Shown here: one piece after another, positions 1 to 12,955 of the stretch | Layout: each line of letters begins with the position of its first letter | Numbering within the stretch: position 1 is the stretch's first letter | DNA from: Felis catus | Lineage: Eukaryota | DNA length: 64,000 nt | Assembly: GCF_018350175.1 (NCBI RefSeq) | Contig: NC_058382.1 | Location: 54,314,001 to 54,378,000, forward strand | Direction: 5' to 3' | Notes under the pieces: generated by a model | Database searches by the model: none | The model's input: only the letters and a program-made list of their open reading frames with translations | Told to the model about the DNA's origin: nothing | Made by a program: the position numbers and the translations under genes

Positions 1-296
1 AGCTGGGGACCAGGCACACGGTGGGTAGACCAGGAGCACCTGGGCGGGGAAGACGTGTGGGTAAAAAGCAACGGGGCAGAAACTCAGCAAAGGGAAGTGG
101 ATGTGAGAAAGGGCATGAGAGGAAGCTCTTCTCATAGGAGGTCAATCTATCTGGCAATCAGAGGTGAGGATTTGGACTCATTTGGACTCATTCGTTCAAC
201 AAGACTTACTGCATTCACACCTACAACTATGTGCGAGACGCTGTGATGAGCCTTGGGGATACACACTTGCTCCCTGAAGTTTACGGGTGTACCCCA

Positions 297-527
297 GGGG
301 CGCCTGGGTGGCTCAGTCAGTTAAGCGTCCAGTCAGCTGAGCGTGTGACTCTTGGTTTCAGCTCAGGTCACGACCTCGCAGTTTCCAGAGTTCAAGCCCC
401 GCATCGGGCTCTGAGCTGACAGTGCAGAGCCTGCTTGGGATTCTCTCTTCCTCTCTCTCTCTGTCCCTCCCTCTCTCATGCCGTCTCTGTCTCCCTCAAA
501 ATAAATAAATAAACTTTAAAGGAAAAG
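297..527 (+). mobile_element. Can-SINE
   Basis: GGGGCGCCTGGGTGGCTCAG head, (CT)n, AATAAA/A tail; degenerate TSD ggtgtaccccag/gatgtatcccag. Confidence 0.93.
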
Positions 528-2404
528 TGTTTTTAAAGAGGATGTATCCCAGGAAATGGGAGGGCTGGACAACTCCTTCCCTGAATGTGCACATTCTCGA
601 GAGCTGGTCCCCAATTTTATAACCTGAAAGACACTGCCGTTTCTTCAATTTAAGGCACAGGAGGGCATGACGGAGCTCCCATGAAAGCATGTTCCAACCC
701 CCAACAGTCACTGGACACACCAGGCTACTGTGATATGGCTGAGGCCCTTCCGGTCAAAGGCTCCCCAGAGATCACCCAGCGCCAAGCTTCAAACTGCCTC
801 CTGCACCCCTCCCACAAAGGTGCACCCACCTCAAGCCACCACAGAGGTTGGCTCTTCTAGCCACGCCACCTGCTCACCTCCTCTCCACCATCAGGGGCTA
901 GAACTCTTCGAAAGAACACAGAACGATGGCAGGAAGCCAGGCCCCGGTGAAGTAAACACACAGACTGAGATGGACTTCAAAAGCAAGGGACATGCTAGAA
1001 CACATCAGCCAGGAAGACACACGACGCCCAAGCTGTTGGACATGCCAGGAAGCCACAAAGAACACTGACACTGAACTCCACTCTCTGGTATTATAACAGG
1101 TCAGTACGTAGATCATAAGCGGTGCTGCCTAGAGCGGTACCTAACGAAATGCAGTCCGTCACATCCTTAGAAACTTCGGGAAGTTTCCCCCCCCTTTATG
1201 CCTCACTTTCCTCATCTGTAAAATGGGACTGGTAAGGACCATCTCGCTGTCAGAAATAAGGGACATATTTCCTGTGAGCACTTTCCTCCAAGGCTGGTAC
1301 AACACAGGCACTCACTGAAGGGGAGTGATCGTCATCCCTACACCCGATGTTAGGAGGCTCCGGTGGCCCAGGTGGCTGTGGGGAGGGAATGCTCTGAGGC
1401 AGCACGGACCCCCCCAGAAGACGGCAGCAGATTCAAACTAGAGCTCTGGGGGTGTGGTCTAGAAGAGCACCCTGGAAGTTTTGCTCGTAGAGACTTTTTT
1501 TCTCAGAGGACCTCATGGAAATAATAGGTGGACTCCATAGAGAGTGCTCTGGGAGCCACAGCACTGCTTCCGGGCCACACCTTCCCTGAGCACAGTGTCT
1601 CCAAAAGAAACCTAAGCCAGTCGGGGAGCTTCAATCAGCTCCCTCTTCCGGACGAGATATCTGTCCCTCGCCAGCCTCCGACAGACAGGGCGGGCCCAAG
1701 ACAAAGTCTAGGGACAGCAGCAAAAGAGCATCCAGGCCCCGGGCTCCACCCACCAGCTCAGGGGGCCTCAAGCGGCTCGACAGCCGCCCCCAACCTCGGT
1801 CAGGGGCGGCCTCTGGACTAAGGGCCACCGGCCCGGCCTGCCCTCGGTAACCGGCCCTTCATGGCACGGGCCAGTGACCTTGAGACTGTGGAACACCCAG
1901 CTGTCACACTGGCCAGAGGCCCAGGGGCAACGTGTCTAAACCTCCTTCCGGGAGGCATCTGTGTGCTCCGGAATCTAATTGCAAACAGTCACACATCCCC
2001 GCCATCAATACATTTATGATTCACCTCGTCTCAGAGCCCTTTAATGAACATTTTCTCGTCTGTCTGTTCTCATTTCTAATGGTAAAGCATGACACATAAC
2101 CGTCATGCACAGAATACTAATGTGAATGACCCCTCGCGTGCGTCTGGTTTACAAAACTGTCCGACGCACAGCAGTCAACACACGAAGCACTTAATTGTTC
2201 GTTCGCTCATTTTATTAAGCGCTTGCGACGCGCCACAGAAGCGGTGGGCGACGGGAGTACAGGGCTGAGCCCCCGCCCCGTGATCTGAGGAGGAGCTGGG
2301 AACGTACAGCCAGTAGACATGACCTTGTCTGTGAGAGAAGGGAGGGCAGGGCAGTGGTGGGGTTAAAGTCTGGGGCTCCGGGTTTAGAAAGTAACTCTGG
2401 GCCC

Positions 2405-2945
2405 CCAAAACAGATGAAGTGCAAATACATGCTACAGCTGAATGAACCTTGGAAACACGATGGGAGGGAATAGAAGCAGTCACAAAAGGCCAGAGTGGAT
2501 GATTTCATCTATAGGAAAGGTCCAGAATAGGGAAATCTATAGAGACAGAAAGTAGGTTTGTAGTTGCCAAGGGCTGGGGAGGAAAAGGGAGGGGAGACGG
2601 GTTGTTTTTATTGTTTTTTTTTTTAACTTTATTTATGATTTTGAAAGAGAGAGAGAGAGCGAGAGCTCTTGGGGGAGGAGCAGAGAGACGGGGGTAGAGA
2701 GAGAGAGAGAATCCCAAGCAGGCTCTGCACTGTCAGCACAGAGCCCAGTGCGGGGCTGAAACCCACGACCCAGGAGATTGTGACCTGAGCTGATGCTTAA
2801 CCAACTGAGCCACCCAGGCACCCAAGGGTTGCTTTGTGAGGTGATAAAAAATGGTCATGGTTGCATACATCTGTGAATGCACTCAAATCTACTGACCTAA
2901 ACACTTTTAAGTGGGTGGATTTTATCTTAATAATGCTGCTTTTAA
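2405..2945 (+). mobile_element. L1M (L1MB/MC-like) 3' end remnant, split by a SINE
   Basis: Typical motifs gaatgaaccttggaaacac and aaatctatagagacagaaagtag...gttgccaagggctgg. Confidence 0.75.
2605..2823 (-). mobile_element. Can-SINE inserted in an old L1 3' end
   Basis: Reverse-complement head (ctgagccacccaggcaccc), (GA)n, T-rich tail. Confidence 0.92.
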
Positions 2946-2960
2946 AATAAAGCAACTCTA

Positions 2961-3173
2961 GGGGCACCCGGGTGGCTCAGGCGATGAAGCATCCAACTTC
3001 GCTTCAGGTCAGGATCTCGCCGTTAGTGGGTTCGAGCCCCAGGCTGGGCTCTGTGCTGACAGCTCAGAGCCTGGAGCCTGCTTGGGATCCTGTGTCTGCC
3101 TCTCTCTCTGCCCCTCCCCTGCTCACGCTCTCTCTCTTTCCCTCTCTCTCTGAAAAATAAACATTAAAAAAAA
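2961..3173 (+). mobile_element. Can-SINE
   Basis: Head, (CT)n, A tail. Confidence 0.93.
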
Positions 3174-3229
3174 TTTCTTAAATGTCTGTGGAAAACCAGA
3201 GGGAGAGCTGTAAAAGAAGGGGGCCATTC

Positions 3230-3660
3230 AGAATAGGCAAGAGGTCCAGGAAACCCAAGTGCCCATCAAACAATGAATGGAAAACCAAAACGAGGTATAC
3301 GCACACAATGGAATATTACTCAAGCCTAAAAAGGAAGGAAAATTCTGCCATTTGCTGCAACGTGGGTGAACCTGGAGGCCATGATGCCGAGTGGAGGAGG
3401 CCAGACACGAAAAGACAAAATGCCGAGTCCACTTACAGAGGTGCTTCGAGCAGCCAAACCCATAGAGAAAGAAAGTAGAGCGTGGTTACCAGGGGCTGGA
3501 GGGGGGGGGGGTGGGGAGTTAGCGTTTAACGAGAACATGACTCAGTCGGGCAAGATGCTGAGCTCTGGACAGGGACAGCGGACCACGCGAACGAACTGCG
3601 CACGTACAAATGGTTAAGAAGGCAAATTTTATGTTATGGGTAGTTTACTACAAATAAAAA
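3230..3660 (+). mobile_element. L1M 3' end remnant
   Basis: caatggaatattactcaagcctaaaaaggaaggaaaattctg...aaatggttaagaaggcaaattttatgttatg. Confidence 0.8.
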
Positions 3661-4669
3661 AAGAAGTTTGGGGGGATGTAAGAGCTGCAGAGAGGGATGC
3701 TGGGGGAAGGAGGGAGAAAGCTGGGGACAGCCTCACAGGACAAGAGGCCTGCAGCTAACGCCTCAACGGCACAGAGGGTTGGAGCATCTCGGCGCCGGCG
3801 GCCCCAGGAAAGACCCCAGCACTGTCTTCCAGAAGCACTCTGCCTTCCTCCCGCCTCTGCCATCCGCTCTGCCACCCAGCACCGGCCCACGGAGCACGAC
3901 GTGCCAGCTCAGAGCTCGGGGGCGTGGGATCAAGAGTGAGTCACGGGAGCTCTGCTTTCAGACAGACCGACTCACCCCCTGCCAGTCGAGGGAACTCCCC
4001 AGAAGAGAAGACTCCCACCTAGGACCTCCCATCCATGCACAGGCCCTACAGCCCAATTCCCCAGAAATGTTGAGCTGGATGGTCCCAGCGGAACAGCCCA
4101 AGTTCACCGAGAACGAAGCTGAGTCACACTGAGGTGCAGCAACATCAGACTTTGGGGCGACCTCACAGTTGCCCTTTGTTAGGTTCCCCCCACGTGGCTG
4201 TGCGTGGGGTTGCTGGAGGAGGCGGGACAGGGGTCTAAGAAGAAATTCCAGAAGACAGGAGAGCTGCCTCCAGGTCTCTAACTTGGAAAAAAAAAAAAAA
4301 GACTACATTTTGCAGGGTTAACATGCACAGGATGTTTGTCCCTTGAGTGTCCCCCCTCAGGCCCGAAGCAGCATGTGGAATGACCATATCCCGGGAGACG
4401 TGGCAAAAAAACCAGGGTGCCTAAAATCTGCTGTGTTCCCTTCCATTTAAAGGCCCATGATCCTAAAGATATATTCTCATTTTTTATCTTTCACTTCTAA
4501 AATGATAGAGGTCGGGGGAGCATTAGAGGAAGTACAGAAACAGCCAGACGTAAGCACAGGCACACAACTCTGGGAAGTACTTGGAAGGCCTAACCCAGAG
4601 GTACGGCTATGACACCCACTCTTTCAAGCACTACAATGCATAAAATTCCACCATTAAAAATGCAGCCCT

Positions 4670-4807
4670 GGGGCACCTGGGGGACTCACATGGCTAAGCA
4701 TCTGACTCTAGACTTCAGCTCAGGTCACGGTCTCACACTTGTGAGATCGAGCCCCAGGTCAGGCTCAGGTGTTGAGTGTGGAGCCTACTTGGGATTCTCC
4801 CTTCCTC

Positions 4808-4861
<54 letters not shown>

Positions 4862-4960
4862 CCTCCCTCCCTCCCACTGCCCCTCCCCCACCAACCTGCA
4901 CACTCACTATCTCTCTCTCTCACAAAATAAATGTTTTATCTTGTTTTGTTTTTTTTTTTT
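4670..4960 (+). mobile_element. Can-SINE
   Basis: Head, long (CT)n; TSD aatgcagccct on both sides. Confidence 0.92.
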
Positions 4961-5021
4961 AATGCAGCCCTGATGTCCAAAACCATTATTTTAAATATTG
5001 TTTTATAACTTCAGCCAATGA

Positions 5022-5241
5022 GGGGCACCTGGTGGCACAGTCCGTTCAGCATCTCACTTCAGCTCAGGTCGTGATCTCACAGTTAATGGGTTGAAGTCCT
5101 ATGTCAGGCTCTGTGCTGACAGCTCAGAGCCTGGAGCCTGCTTTGGATTCTGTGTCTTTCCCTCTCTCTGCCCCTCCACTGCTCGTGCTCTGCCTCTGTC
5201 TCTCTTCAAAAATAGATTTAAAAAAAAAAACATTAAAAAAA
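5022..5241 (+). mobile_element. Can-SINE
   Basis: Head and tail; TSD taacttc(c)a(g/a)ccaatg. Confidence 0.92.
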
Positions 5242-5943
5242 GTAACTTCCAACCAATGCGATACAGCAGGAAACAAAAATATGGAGGTAATCTATAGGAA
5301 AGAATCAAAACAACATTATTTGCGTTATTTGCATCATACATCTAAATAAATAGCCCAAGAGAATGAATTGAAAGAATTTAGAATGACTAAGAAAATGCAC
5401 AAAGATGTCTGGTTTCAAAATAAAGATCTAATCAACATTCAGCAACAACTAGTTAAAAAATACAATAGGAAAACAGTCCTATTTATAGTAGCAACAAAAA
5501 TACAAAAGGCCTAGAAATAAATTTAAGCAAAAAATGTACAATATCAAATGAAGAAATCCACAAAACCACTGTGATACACTTAAAAAAGATCATTTTACCA
5601 AATAAACATTTCTATTACTATAAACACATTAATTTTCTCAAAATTAAATTTTAGGCAATTTCAATCAAAATCTGATGTGGATTTTTTTTTTAATTAACAA
5701 ATTTACTTTAAGCAAATAAAAAGCAGGAATATCCCAGAAGTTTTTTAAGCAAAGAGAAAAATAAATTCAGGACTTGTACTACCATTTATTCAAACATAAA
5801 ACTACAATGAAGTAGTAACTGGCCTAAGCATAGATGAAAAATGAAATTGCATAAAAATCCCAGAAACAGATCTATGTATACATCATATATATGCATGTAT
5901 GTGCGTGTAAACATATGATTTTGTATATAATAAAAATGGCACA

Positions 5944-6161
5944 GGGGCGCCTGGGTGGCTCAGTCGATTAGGCGTCCAACTTCAGCTCAGGTCATGATCT
6001 TGGGATTCATGAGTTCAAGCCCTGCATCAGGCTCTGTGCTGACAGCTTGGAGCCTGAAGCTTGGAGCCTGGAGCCTGGATCCTGCTTTGGATTCTGTTTC
6101 TCCCTCCCCCACTCGCACTCTGTCTCTCTCTCTCTCAAAAATAAATAAACATTAAAAAAAA
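5944..6161 (+). mobile_element. Can-SINE
   Basis: Head and tail; internal ggagcct repeat expansion. Confidence 0.93.
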
Positions 6162-6507
6162 TTTTTTTTACCGGCATGTTACATTCCGGATTCAGGAAAG
6201 AAAGTGGGTTTGAGTGGTGAACTGTATAAAGGAAAATTATAAGATGCCTAAATCATGTCAAAAATCAACATGAATACAGTTTAATTCAAGAATTAAATGT
6301 AAAATAAATCAATTAACACACAGGTGTGATTTCGGGATCAAGTTCTTTCTGAGCTTACAGGAAATTTTTAAAGCTTTCATCACATAAATATTTTAAATTT
6401 CTGTATATCAAAGAATGTCATAAACTAAACTTGAAAAAAAACGTTACAAGGGAAAAACTCATAACATAAGTGATAGATAAACATTTTGATCTTGAAATGA
6501 ACCTTAT

Positions 6508-6720
6508 GCGGCACCTGGCTGGCTCAGTCGGTTCAGCATCCGACTCTTGGTTTTGGCTCAGGTCATGATCTCACAGTTTCTGGAGTTTGAGCCCTGTGTT
6601 GGGCTCTGTGCTGACCATGCAGAGCCTGCCTGGGATTCTCTATCTACTCCCTCTCTCTCTGTCCCTCCCCCACTCATGCTGTCTCTAAACAAATAAACTT
6701 TAAAAATTTTCTTAAAAAAA
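6508..6720 (+). mobile_element. Can-SINE
   Basis: Head and tail; TSD gaa(a/g)tgaa(c/t)cttatg. Confidence 0.92.
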
Positions 6721-7134
6721 GAAGTGAATCTTATGATTCAGTAAGAAACAGATGAACACATCAATGGAAAATATCAGGAAAAAGAAGTATGGGAGGAAAA
6801 AAAGAAACATGAAATGACCAGGAAACCTATAAAAGATATTTAAACTCACCAGTAATGAAAGTTTGAAAAATCAAACAATGAATGGGCATTTTTTGCAAAA
6901 CTGGCAAAAGTTAAAATAATGGACCAGAGCTGGCAGATGTTCAGGTAAATATACTGCTGGGGAGCTGTAAATGCTGGGCTAATTTACAACATTCCTGAAG
7001 GGCAATTTGGCAATGCCCATGAAAAACCTTTGAAATAGTCACATCTTTTGATCAGTAGTTCCACTTTTAGAAAATGGCCTAAGGAAATAACCAGAACTAT
7101 GTGCAAAGTTTCAACATCATCATCACATGTTATG

Positions 7135-7360
7135 GGCACCACGTGCACTTACTTATTAGGCACAGTTCTATGCTTTCAATTGATTATGAATTTAATCCTT
7201 AAAAAAATAGTATCTGGATCCTGAGATGATCTCTGTTTCTACAGATGAGGAGACTGATGTACAGAGAAATCAAGAAAAGCCTCCCAAGTCCCACAACTAA
7301 TATGTGCTGAAACCAGGATTCAAAACCAGGCCAGGGAGCACCACGTAGGCCCAGATGCTT
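7135..7360 (-). mobile_element. MIR remnant
   Basis: acagatgaggagactga...ccaggattcaaaacc MIR core. Confidence 0.65.
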
Positions 7361-7477
7361 AAACACCAAGATGCCAACAGGAAAGCTTCAATACCAACAG
7401 CAAAATGTTAATCCTACCTAATGCCCAACGATAAGCGATTGAATAAATATACCCGTCATATGCGCATAAGAGAATTA

Positions 7478-7960
7478 ATGGATGGATGGATGGATGGATA
7501 GATGGATGGATGGAGAGATGATGGATGGATGGATGGATGGATGGAGAGATGATGGATGGATGGATGGATGGATGGATGGATAGACGGATGGATGGATGGA
7601 GAGATGATGGATGGATGGATGGATGGAGAGATGATGGATGGATGGATGGACGGATGGATGGATAGATGGATGGATGGATGGAGAGATGATGGATGGATGG
7701 ATGGATGGAGAGATGATGGATGGATGGATGGATGGATGGATGGAGAGATGATGGATGGATGGATGGATGGATGGATGGATAGACGGATGGATGGATGGAT
7801 AGACGGATGGATGGATGGAGAGATGATGGATGGATGGATGGATGGATGGATGGAGAGATGATGGATGGATGGATGGATGGATGGAGAGATGATGGATGGA
7901 TGGATGGATGGATGGATGGGCTGGTGGATGGGTTGGTGGATGGGTATGGGTTGGAGGATG
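7478..7960. repeat. (TGGA)n compound microsatellite with GAGAGATGA interruptions
   Basis: Direct reading. Confidence 0.97.
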
Positions 7961-8985
7961 GATAGGGAAATAGGTGGGGGCATTGAGGGCTCAATTCACA
8001 AAACATTCATTTGGGGATCTGTCCTCATTTTTCCTTCTACTCACACGCATTAAACATTAACTTCATGGCGGGCAAATTTTCAAGTACCATTAAGCCCTTG
8101 CCAAAACTGGCAGGAAAAAAATTAAATGGCAAAACCGAAGGCTTCTGCTCCCAGGAAGAAATGGCAAGAACAGACATTGTGAGGTAGCCCTCAAACCAGG
8201 TGTTCTCTTCCCAAAGTTCTTAAAACCTCTCTCTTTCATAAAATAGGGAGAGCTCAAAAGAAGTCACAAAGTGTGAAATCTTTAAAGTCTAGGTCTCAAA
8301 GAACCACAGACAACAAGTCTGCTAACCATTTGCACTGATGCAGTGGCTCTGATAGAAGGAGCCAGCATGCCAGTGTGGACCGGAGTGTGATGGACACAGA
8401 AGATTACCAAGGACGGTGTAAAAATCAGAACAACATCAGAGGACTCGGAACAAAGCCAGAAGAGATGCTCCCTACCTCCTGGTACAGTGAATGGAACTCA
8501 CCTACACCCTAGGTGAGGAAGGTCTGGCATTAACCCCCCAAGACCATACGACGCTGGGAGCTCTCTGCTCAATTGTTACCTTGATCCAAGTGAGATTGTT
8601 TTCCAGAACAACCATTATATTAGTTTGAGTTTTTTATATTTATCTTTTAAAACACTCAACCCCTTCAAATGCGATTAGGGATGAACTGGTAACTGAAGGC
8701 AACAGCCTGGTGATTAGAAGAAACAAAAGAAAGATAAAGCATCCGAACACAGGAGTGGCACCTAGTAAGTGCTCGAGTGATCATAGTTAGTGGCTGGGCT
8801 GGTGGTGAGATTATGCTGTTCCTGTTGCCCCTGCTGACACCCCTGAGTGGAAAGGAACATTCTAGTCTTTGAGTGTATCACATGGAAACTTCACCCCCCA
8901 CTGATGGATTTATTCACTCATTTAATACTTGCAAACCCCTGGGCGTTAGGGATCATCCTTCCCATGTAAAAAATAAAGAAACTGA

Positions 8986-9199
8986 GGGTCACCTGGGTGG
9001 CTCAGTGGGTTAAGCGTCCAACTTTGGCTCAGGTTGTGATCTCATGGTTCGTGGGTTCAAGCCCTGCGTCGGGCTCTGTGCTGACACTCAGAGCCTGGAG
9101 CCTGCTTCGGATTCTGTGTCTCCCTCGCTCCCTGCCCCTCCCTTTGCTTGTGCTCTGTCTCTCTCTCAAAAATAAATAAACATTAAAAAATTTTTAAAA
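8986..9199 (+). mobile_element. Can-SINE inserted in a MIR remnant
   Basis: Head and tail; MIR-like flanks (gaaactgag / aggcacagagaagttaa). Confidence 0.92.
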
Positions 9200-10559
9200 G
9201 AAAGGAAAAGGAACCCAGGCACAGAGAAGTTAAAGCCACTTATCAAAGCCACACGCTTAAAGCAGCAAGAGATTCAAACCACATCAGTGTGAATCTCAGC
9301 CTAGAGATGTAGAAGAGGTGGGTATCCCTAGAAACTCACTCCGGGAAGGAGGTAGCACATGTGGGCAGATGGGACCCAGTTTCCCATGCTTTTCCTTTCC
9401 TGCCTTGATCTTCCCACATCCCCATTCCCAGAGCAACCCGGTAAGCCACTTGGAGAGCCCCGGAAAGCCTTCGGGGATGCCTCCCCTTTCGCATGTCGAA
9501 TCCCTTAACACCTGCTTCACACCAGACACCGGACACGGTGACATCTCCTTCCTGCAAGAAGCCCTGCTCTGTAGTTCTGACCTCAGAAGGCAATGAAGCA
9601 GTGGGAGCCCCTATACTAGGTACCTCCCCTCCACCATGCTATTTAACCCTACCAACACCCTTCCCAGAAAATGTCATTGTGCCCAACTCGCAGGTGAAGA
9701 AACTGAGTCTCTGGTCGAGCAACCTACCCAAGCCACAGTTGTCACACCAGCTCACCAAGGCCCCCAGTGAAAGGCCATGCGGCGGCCTCACCCAAACTAA
9801 GATTTGGACCGCCTATGTCTACACAGCAAAAGGACTTTCGAGTTAAGTTGAGCCCTAGAAGGCTCTCTTCCCAACCGACAGGGTAGTGAGGCAGTGACTT
9901 TATCCCCGTGACAAGCGGCAGCATGCTTACACGTGATCACAAAGGTGCCAGTCTCGGACTACCGCCCTTCTACTGTGGGTTCTAGAAGCCCAGCAAAAGA
10001 AACCCGTGGCTCTGAGCCACTGGTCCCCTCCCCCCTCAGGAAAGCTCTGCACACGGGCCGGGCCCCCTGGGGGGCCCTTCTGGTGCCACAGAGGTGCAAA
10101 ATCCCTGACCTGGGGGTGAGTGACAGACGTGAAATAACAAAATCCCCATTCCAGAGGCCCTCCAGCTGATTAAGGGCACCTACGACACTTGTCTCCCTGT
10201 CCTGCACAAGCACCCCCAGGGCCAGGTGTTGTTAGCACCCCGCCCATCGAACGGAGCCATCGAGGTAGGGCACTCCAGCAAGCTGCCTAGGGGTCCTGCA
10301 GGTAGAATACAGGGGCCTCCGATCTTTCACTGGGCCTCTCTGATTCCAACCCCCAGGGTCTGTGCATGGTACCAGGCAACCTCTTTTCTGCGAACCGAAC
10401 CCCTGGAAAGCCCCATGTCCCCTCCCCAAGACATCAGAGACCCTGAAACCGGGAGTCACATGAAACCTCGTCACCAAACGCTCAAACCACCCCAAGCAAG
10501 GCGAAAGGCAGTCCGCAGGATGGAATCAAAAGCACCGGGGCTGCATCGATTATCCTAGC

Positions 10560-10700
10560 CGCAACACTAGCTGTGTCACCTTGGGAAAGCCATTGGACCT
10601 CTCTGTGCTTTAAGCTCCGCATCCGTGAAAGATGATAACAGAGCCACCTGTTGGAGCTCATATGGAGATTACATGAGCTAAGGCCTGCAAAACATTTCAG
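10560..10700 (+). mobile_element. MIR remnant
   Basis: actagctgtgtcaccttgggaaag...ctctgtgcttt...atccgtgaaagatg. Confidence 0.6.
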
Positions 10701-11891
10701 GCGACGTCTGTTACGACGAGCACCCTTCACGTTCGCGATCATGACTAGCATCACTGTTGCTATAGAGGGACGACTCCACAAAAGTTGGCAGCGTGTAACA
10801 AGAGGTGATCTGGCTCCCGGAGGTGGCTTTCTGCAGCAGGAGGACACTACTGTCACGTCACTGAGTTTGAAATCAACTCCGCCTGTGGCCAGGGTTTCCA
10901 CACCAAACAGTGAGCTGTCCTTCTTTGCTTGGAAATGCTTCTAGGCTGCTGGTCTACCCAAAGCAGGGAGCATGCTGTTGCCCCCCCCCCCGAAGAAACA
11001 GCCCTCTGGCTGTTAGGACACCACTTCCCACTGTCCATCAGCAAGTCTGCCACTGAGCTCAGTCAGCTTGATCCACACCTGATTCCGTGGGCCTTGAAGA
11101 GTAGTATGGAGAGGGAAGGGAACGAGACTACTCCTGTTCCCACCCCCTTCCTTCCCCTCTGGGCATGGGGACAAGGCGCCTCTCTGCCAGCTCCCGGGCC
11201 AGCGTGAAAGGATGGGCGATGATCCCCCCATGCCCTTGAAGAACTTCAAACGATGGGAAGCTGAGCAGAAGCACGGGCTGAGTGTGTGATAAATGGACAC
11301 AAAATTATCCTAGCCCGCTGGCCGGGGAAGACGTGACTCTCTAATCCTGAGTGCTATGAATTCAGGAGTGAATTGTGCCACTGGGAAGAAAAGGGCTTTT
11401 TTTTTTTTTCTTTTGAAAAGGCCTTCTTTAAACGTGCTCAAAATGTTCCATTTGGCAATGACCCTGGTAGTCACCTCTTATTTTCTTCTCGCAGCCGGAT
11501 TTTTTTCAAGGGCAGATTCTAAGCAATTTTCCTTGCATCCTCTCAAGTGTTCTGGAATCTTCTGACTATTCTGAATCGGGTGTTGAAGACAAGAAAAGTA
11601 ACCCCAAGAATGGAAGGCACTGGAAGTCAAGTGCCCAAGACAGACTCAGAACGATTCCTGGATAAAGACAGCCCGGACAGGATCTTCGCTTGGCCACCAG
11701 CCGTGCCAGGAAAGAACTCTGCCAGGTAGGTTAGCGTAGCCCCTTCCCTGGTGTGGGGGAGCCCCTGAGGTTGCAAGGGGGTCTCGGGCAGGACAGCACG
11801 GCGTAGACACCACTCACTAGGAGACTATGCTCTCCTCCAACCCCTACTATTGTCGGCTTAGAGTCACTTAAAAACTGAGCTGACTTTTAAA

Positions 11892-11909
11892 TTTTTTTTA
11901 AGTTTATTT

Positions 11910-11956
<47 letters not shown>

Positions 11957-12099
11957 GCACAGAGAGAGAGAATCCCAAGCAGGTTCTGCACCATCAGCAC
12001 AGAGCCTGACTCAGGGCTTGAACTCAGGAAACCGTGAGATCATGATCTAAGCTGAAATAGAGGGTGGGACACTTAACCGACAGAGCCTCCAGTCACCCC
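11892..12099 (-). mobile_element. Can-SINE
   Basis: (GA)n, reverse head; TSD gagctgactttt at 11877 and 12100. Confidence 0.92.
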
Positions 12100-12173
12100 G
12101 AGCTGACTTTTAAAAACTGATAGGTTTTACTTAAAATCCAGATCCCAGCATCTCTGTAAAAAACAAACAAACA

Positions 12174-12384
12174 GGGGCGCCTGGGTAGCTCAGTCAGTTA
12201 AGCGGCCGACTTCAGCTCAGGTCACGATCTCGCGGTCCGTGAGTTCGAGCCCCACGTCAGGCTCTGTGCTGACGGCTCAGAGCCTGGAGCCTGTTTCAGA
12301 TTCTGTGTCTCCCTCTCTCTGACCCTCCCCCGTTCATGCTCTGTCTCTCTCTGTCTCAAAAATAAATAAACATTAAAAAAAAAA
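12174..12384 (+). mobile_element. Can-SINE, young feline type
   Basis: CpG-rich body; TSD aaaaacaaacaaaca. Confidence 0.94.
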
Positions 12385-12729
12385 TTTCTTAAAAACAAAC
12401 AAACAAACAAAGGGTTAAGAAAAGGGAAAATTGGTAGCCCCGGGTCTATATTTCAACAATTGACTGGGTTTTAAAAACCACTACCCCTCCTGGATTTTAC
12501 CACAATCCCCACTACTTCCTACTGTGTCCCCAAAGCTGAGGGCCATTCATCATCATATATGTGCTGCTGATTTTCTTATTACGTGTAAATATCTCTTTGT
12601 ACTCAAAAGCATCAAAAACAAATAAAAGTAAAACTAAAGATAGACAAAAAAGCCCACGTGTTTCAAGAAAAAATGGGCAAAGGTCCAGCACGTGCCATTC
12701 TGTCATTTGCAATATCAGCCTGGACCCCA

Positions 12730-12955
12730 CAGTGAAGAGCACAGCATGTAGTGACAGAGATGTCTGGGTTCAAATCCTGGCGGGGCAACTTCTTGGGACC
12801 GCGGGTATGTGCTTACCCTCTCCAAGCCTCAGCTTCCTCATTGTTAAAGGAATAGGCTTCATGGGGCTTAGGAAAGGATTTAAAAAGATACTGCGTACAA
12901 AGCACTAGGCACAGGGCCTGGAACCCAGTAAGTGGCAGTCGCTGTGATTAATGTT
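12730..12955 (+). mobile_element. MIR remnant
   Basis: ctgggttcaaatcctgg...ctctccaagcctcagcttcctcat...aaagcactaggcacagggcctgg. Confidence 0.7.

Larger units (their letters stand above)
5300..7110 (+). mobile_element. Ancient L1M ORF2/3' remnants interrupted by SINEs
   Basis: A-rich, L1-like motifs (cctagaaataaatttaa, cccagaaacagatc, ggcaatttggcaat); heavily decayed. Confidence 0.6.

Noticed and set aside
7359..8053. ORFs of 60-215 aa (PSIH and MDGW repeats)
   Set aside because: Translations of the (TGGA)n microsatellite.
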